Source: Utricularia gibba (taxonomy: Eukaryota > Plantae > Magnoliophyta). From it: a stretch of 64,000 bases of DNA. Both the position numbers and the translations under genes were made by a program. The notes under the pieces are model-generated. The model was given only the letters and a program-made list of their open reading frames with translations. It was not told the origin of the DNA and did no database searches. Below, one piece after another: positions 60,501-64,000 of the stretch. Positions within the stretch are counted from its first letter, which is position 1; each line of letters starts with the position of its first letter. The DNA lies in assembly GCA_002189035.1 (NCBI GenBank), contig NEEC01000002.1, forward strand, positions 6,758,001 to 6,822,000, written 5' to 3'.

Positions 60501-63500
60501 CGTTTCGAAGCTCGTTCCGAGCCTCTTCTTTCGTGTTGAGAACTTGTTCGTCCGAGCTGCACAAATGCTCGAAAGATTGCCTTATATTAGCCTTCAGATG
60601 TGCAACGAAGTGGCCACCACATTCGCGAAATGTGACTCGGGACACCTGACTCGATGCGAATGTGATTTTTGACATGCAAGACGTATGTATTTCATGGGAC
60701 GATGTGAAATTTTGGATTTCGAGATGATCATTTAAGGGTGTGTCCCTAGCCACCACCTCATGGTGGCCTCGTGCACTCTTCGGTATCGAGTGGATATCTG
60801 CGAACGGTGATGAGTCATGTTGCACATATCATACCGTTTCGAAGCTCGTTCCGAGCCGTCTTCTTTCGTGTTGAGAACTTGTTCGTCCGAGCTGCACAAA
60901 TGCTCGAAAGATTGCCTTATATTAGCCTTCAGATGTGCAACGAAGTGGCCACCACATTCGCGAAATGTGACTCGGGACACCTGACTCGATGCGAATGTGA
61001 TTTTTGACATGCAAGACGTATGTATTTCATGGGACGATGTGAAATTTTGGATTTCGAGATGATCATTTAAGGGGTGTCCCTAGCCACACCTCATGGTGGC
61101 CTCGTGCACTCTTCGGTATCGAGTGGATATCTTGCGAACGGTGATGTCATGTTGCACATATCATACCGTTTCGAAGCTCGTTCCGAGCCGTCTTCTTTCG
61201 TGTTGAGAACTTGTTCGTCCGAGGCTGCACAAATGCTCGAAAGATTGCCTTATATTAGCCTTCAGATGTGCAACGAAGTGGCCACCACATTCGCGAAAAT
61301 GTGACTCGGGACACCTGACTCGATGCGAATGTGATTTTTGACATGCAAGACGTATGTATTTCATGGGACGATGTGAAATTTTGGATTTCGAGATGATCAT
61401 TTAAGGGTGTGTCCTAGCCACCACCTCATGGTGGCCTCGTGCACTCTTCGGTATCGAGTGGATATCTTGCGAACGGTGATGAGTCATGTTGCACATATCA
61501 TACCGTTTCGAAGCTCGTTCCGAGCCGGTCTTCTTTCGTGTTGAGAACTTGTTCGTCCGAGCTGCACAAATGCTCGAAAGATTGCCTTATATTAGCCTTC
61601 AGATGTGCAACGAAGTGGCCACCATTCGCGAAATGTGACTCGGGACACCTGACGATGCGAATGTGATTTTTGACATGCAAGACGTATGTATTTCATGGAC
61701 GATGTGAAATTTGGATTTCGAGATGATCATTTAAGATGGGGTGTGTCCTAGCCACAACCTCATGGTGGCCTCGTGCACTCTTCGGTATCGAGTGGATATC
61801 TTGCGAACGGTGATGAGTCATGTTGCACATATCATACCGTTTCGAAGCTCGTTCCGAGCCGGTCTTCTTTCGTGTTGAGAACTTGTTCGTCCGAGGCTGC
61901 ACAAATGCTCGAAATTGCCTTATATTAGCCTTCAGATGTGCAACGAAGTGGCCACCACATTCGCGAAAATGTGACTCGGGACACCTGACTCGATGCGAAT
62001 GTGATTTTTGACATGCAAGACGTATGTATTTCATGGGACGATGTGAAATTTTGATTTCGAGATGATCATTTAAGGTGTGTCCCTAGCCACAACCTCATGG
62101 TGGCCTCGTGCACTCTTCGTATCGAGTGGATATCTTGCGAACGGTGATGAGTCATGTTGCACATAGCATACCGTTTCAAGCTCGTTCCGAGCCGGTCTTC
62201 TTTCGTGTTGAGAACTTGTTCGTCCGAGCTGCAAATGCTCGAAAGATTGCCTTATATTAGCCTTCAGATGTGCAACGAAGTGGCCACCACATTCGCGAAA
62301 ATGTGACTCGGGACACCTGACTCGATGCGAATGTGATTTTTGACATGCAAGACGTATGTATTTCATGGGACGATGTGAAATTTTGGATTTCGAGATGATC
62401 ATTTAAGGGTGTGTCCCTAGCCACACCTCATGGTGGCCTCGTGCACAAATGCTCGAAAGATTGCCTTATATTAGCCTTCAGATGTGCAACGAAGTGGCCA
62501 CCACATTCGCGAAAATGTGACTCGGGACACCTGACTCGATGCGAATGTGATTTTTGACATGCAAGACGTATGTATTTCATGGGACGATGTGAAATTTTGG
62601 ATTTCGAGATGATCATTTAAGGGTGTGTCCCTAGCCACCACCTCATGGTGCCTCGTGCACTCTTCGTATCGAGTGGATATCTTGCGAACGGTGATGAGTC
62701 ATGTTGCACATATCATACCGTTTCGAAGCTCGTTCCGAGCCGGTCTTCTTTCGTGTTGAGAACTTGTTCGTCCGAAGCTGCACAAATGCTCGAAAGATTG
62801 CCTTATATTAGCCTTCAGATGTGCAACGAAGTGGCCACCACATTCGCGAAAATGTGACTCGGGACACCTGACTCGATGCGAATGTGATTTTTGACATGCA
62901 AGACATATGTATTTCATGGGACGATGTGAATTTTGGATTTCGAGATGATCATTTAGAGGGTGTGTCCCTAGCCACAACCTCATGGTGGCCTCGTGCACTC
63001 TTCGGTATCGAGTGGATATCTTGCGAACGGTGATGAGTCATGTTGCATATCATACCGTTTCGAAGCTCGTTCCGAGCCGGTCTTCTTTCGTGTTGAGAAC
63101 TTGTTCGTCCGAGCTGCACAAATGCTCGAAAGATTGCCTTATATTAGCCTTCAGATGTGCAACGAAGTGGCCACCACATTCGCGAAAATGACTCGGGACA
63201 CCTGACTCGATGCGAATGTGATTTTTGACATGCAAGACGTATGTATTTCATGGGACGATGTGAAATTTTGGATTTCGAGATGATCATTTAAGGGTGTGTC
63301 CCTAGCCACCACCTCATGGTGGCCTCGTGCACTCTTCGGTATCGAGTGGATATCTTGCGAACGGTGATGAGTCATGTTGCACATATCATACCGTTTCGAA
63401 GCTCGTTCCGAGCCGGTCTTCTTTCGTGTTGAGAACTTGTTCGTCCGAGCTGCACAAAATGCTCGAAAGATTGCCTTATATTAGCCTTCAGATGTGCAAC

Positions 63501-64000
63501 GAAGTGGCCACCACATTCGCGAAAATGTGACTCGGGACACCTGACTCGATGCGAATGTGATTTTTGACATGCAAGACGTATGTATTTCATGGACGATGTG
63601 AAATTTGGATTTCGAGATGATCATTTAGGGTGTGTCCCTAGCCACCACCTCATGGTGGCCTCGTGCACTCTTCGGTATCGAGTGGATATCTTGCGAACGG
63701 TGATGAGTCATGTTGCACATATCATACCGTTTCGAAGCTCGTTCCGAGCCGGTCTTCTTTCGTGTTGAGAACTTGTTCGTCCGAGGCTGCACAAATGCTC
63801 GAAAGATTGCCTTATATTAGCCTTCAGATGTGCAACGAAGTGGCCACCACATTCGCGAAAATGTGACTCGGGACACCTGACTCGATGCGAATGTGATTTT
63901 TGACATGCAAGACGTATGTATTTCATGGGACGATGTGAAATTTTGGATTTCGAGATGATCATTTAAGGGTGTGTCCCTAGCCACCACCTCATGGTGGCCT
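30586..64000. repeat. Satellite DNA array, ~100 head-to-tail monomers of 339 bp (main form) or 347 bp (edge form), continuing past the right edge
   Basis: Example period: 42261 to 42600 = 339 bp. Monomer GGGTGTGTCCCTAGCCACCACCTCATGGTGGCC...TTCGAAGCTCGTTCCGAGCCGG...GTGGCCACCACATTCGCGAAAATGTG...GAGATGATCATTTAA, about 47% GC by hand count. All copies have the same orientation, with no unique spacers or transposon interruptions visible. Confidence 0.98.

Noticed and set aside
30586-64000. Hundreds of 60-226 aa ORFs in the ORF track
   Set aside because: They are recurring translations of the same satellite monomer. Longer ones arise where 1-bp indels join frames, and no protein family is recognisable.
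30586-64000. CRISPR-like array
   Set aside because: The monomers are contiguous with no unique spacers, the context is eukaryotic, and there are no cas genes.

Overview
Plant (angiosperm, probably monocot; inferred from remembered CBL10 and Pin-II orthologue sequences) nuclear DNA in two sharply different halves. Bases 1-~30,580 are compact, gene-dense sequence with short introns and no recognisable intact transposon. They contain ERECTA (5' 21 exons, running off the left edge), an SLC25A44-like mitochondrial carrier, COG8, eIF4A, a COAC1-like mitochondrial CoA carrier, CBL10, an uncharacterised coiled-coil gene, a degenerate uncharacterised gene, and three single-domain potato type II (Pin-II) protease inhibitor genes. 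Bases ~30,586-64,000 are one head-to-tail satellite array of roughly 100 monomers (339-bp main form, 347-bp edge form) starting only ~620 bp after the last stop codon. The best leads are: (1) the satellite's architecture (two junction variants each carrying a different dyad, a CpG-richer edge subfamily, a local trimeric higher-order repeat, no transposon buffer); (2) a candidate post-transcriptional control module on the SLC25A44-like gene (33-codon uORF plus a 3'-UTR intron); (3) the diversified, partly head-to-head Pin-II triad; (4) a GC-AG intron in CBL10. Several single-base deletions in homopolymers and scrambled patches in the array point to long-read consensus errors, so frameshifts and fine array structure need read-level checking. 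All counts and alignments were done by eye; no database searches were run. I found no firm evidence of a wholly new biological system.
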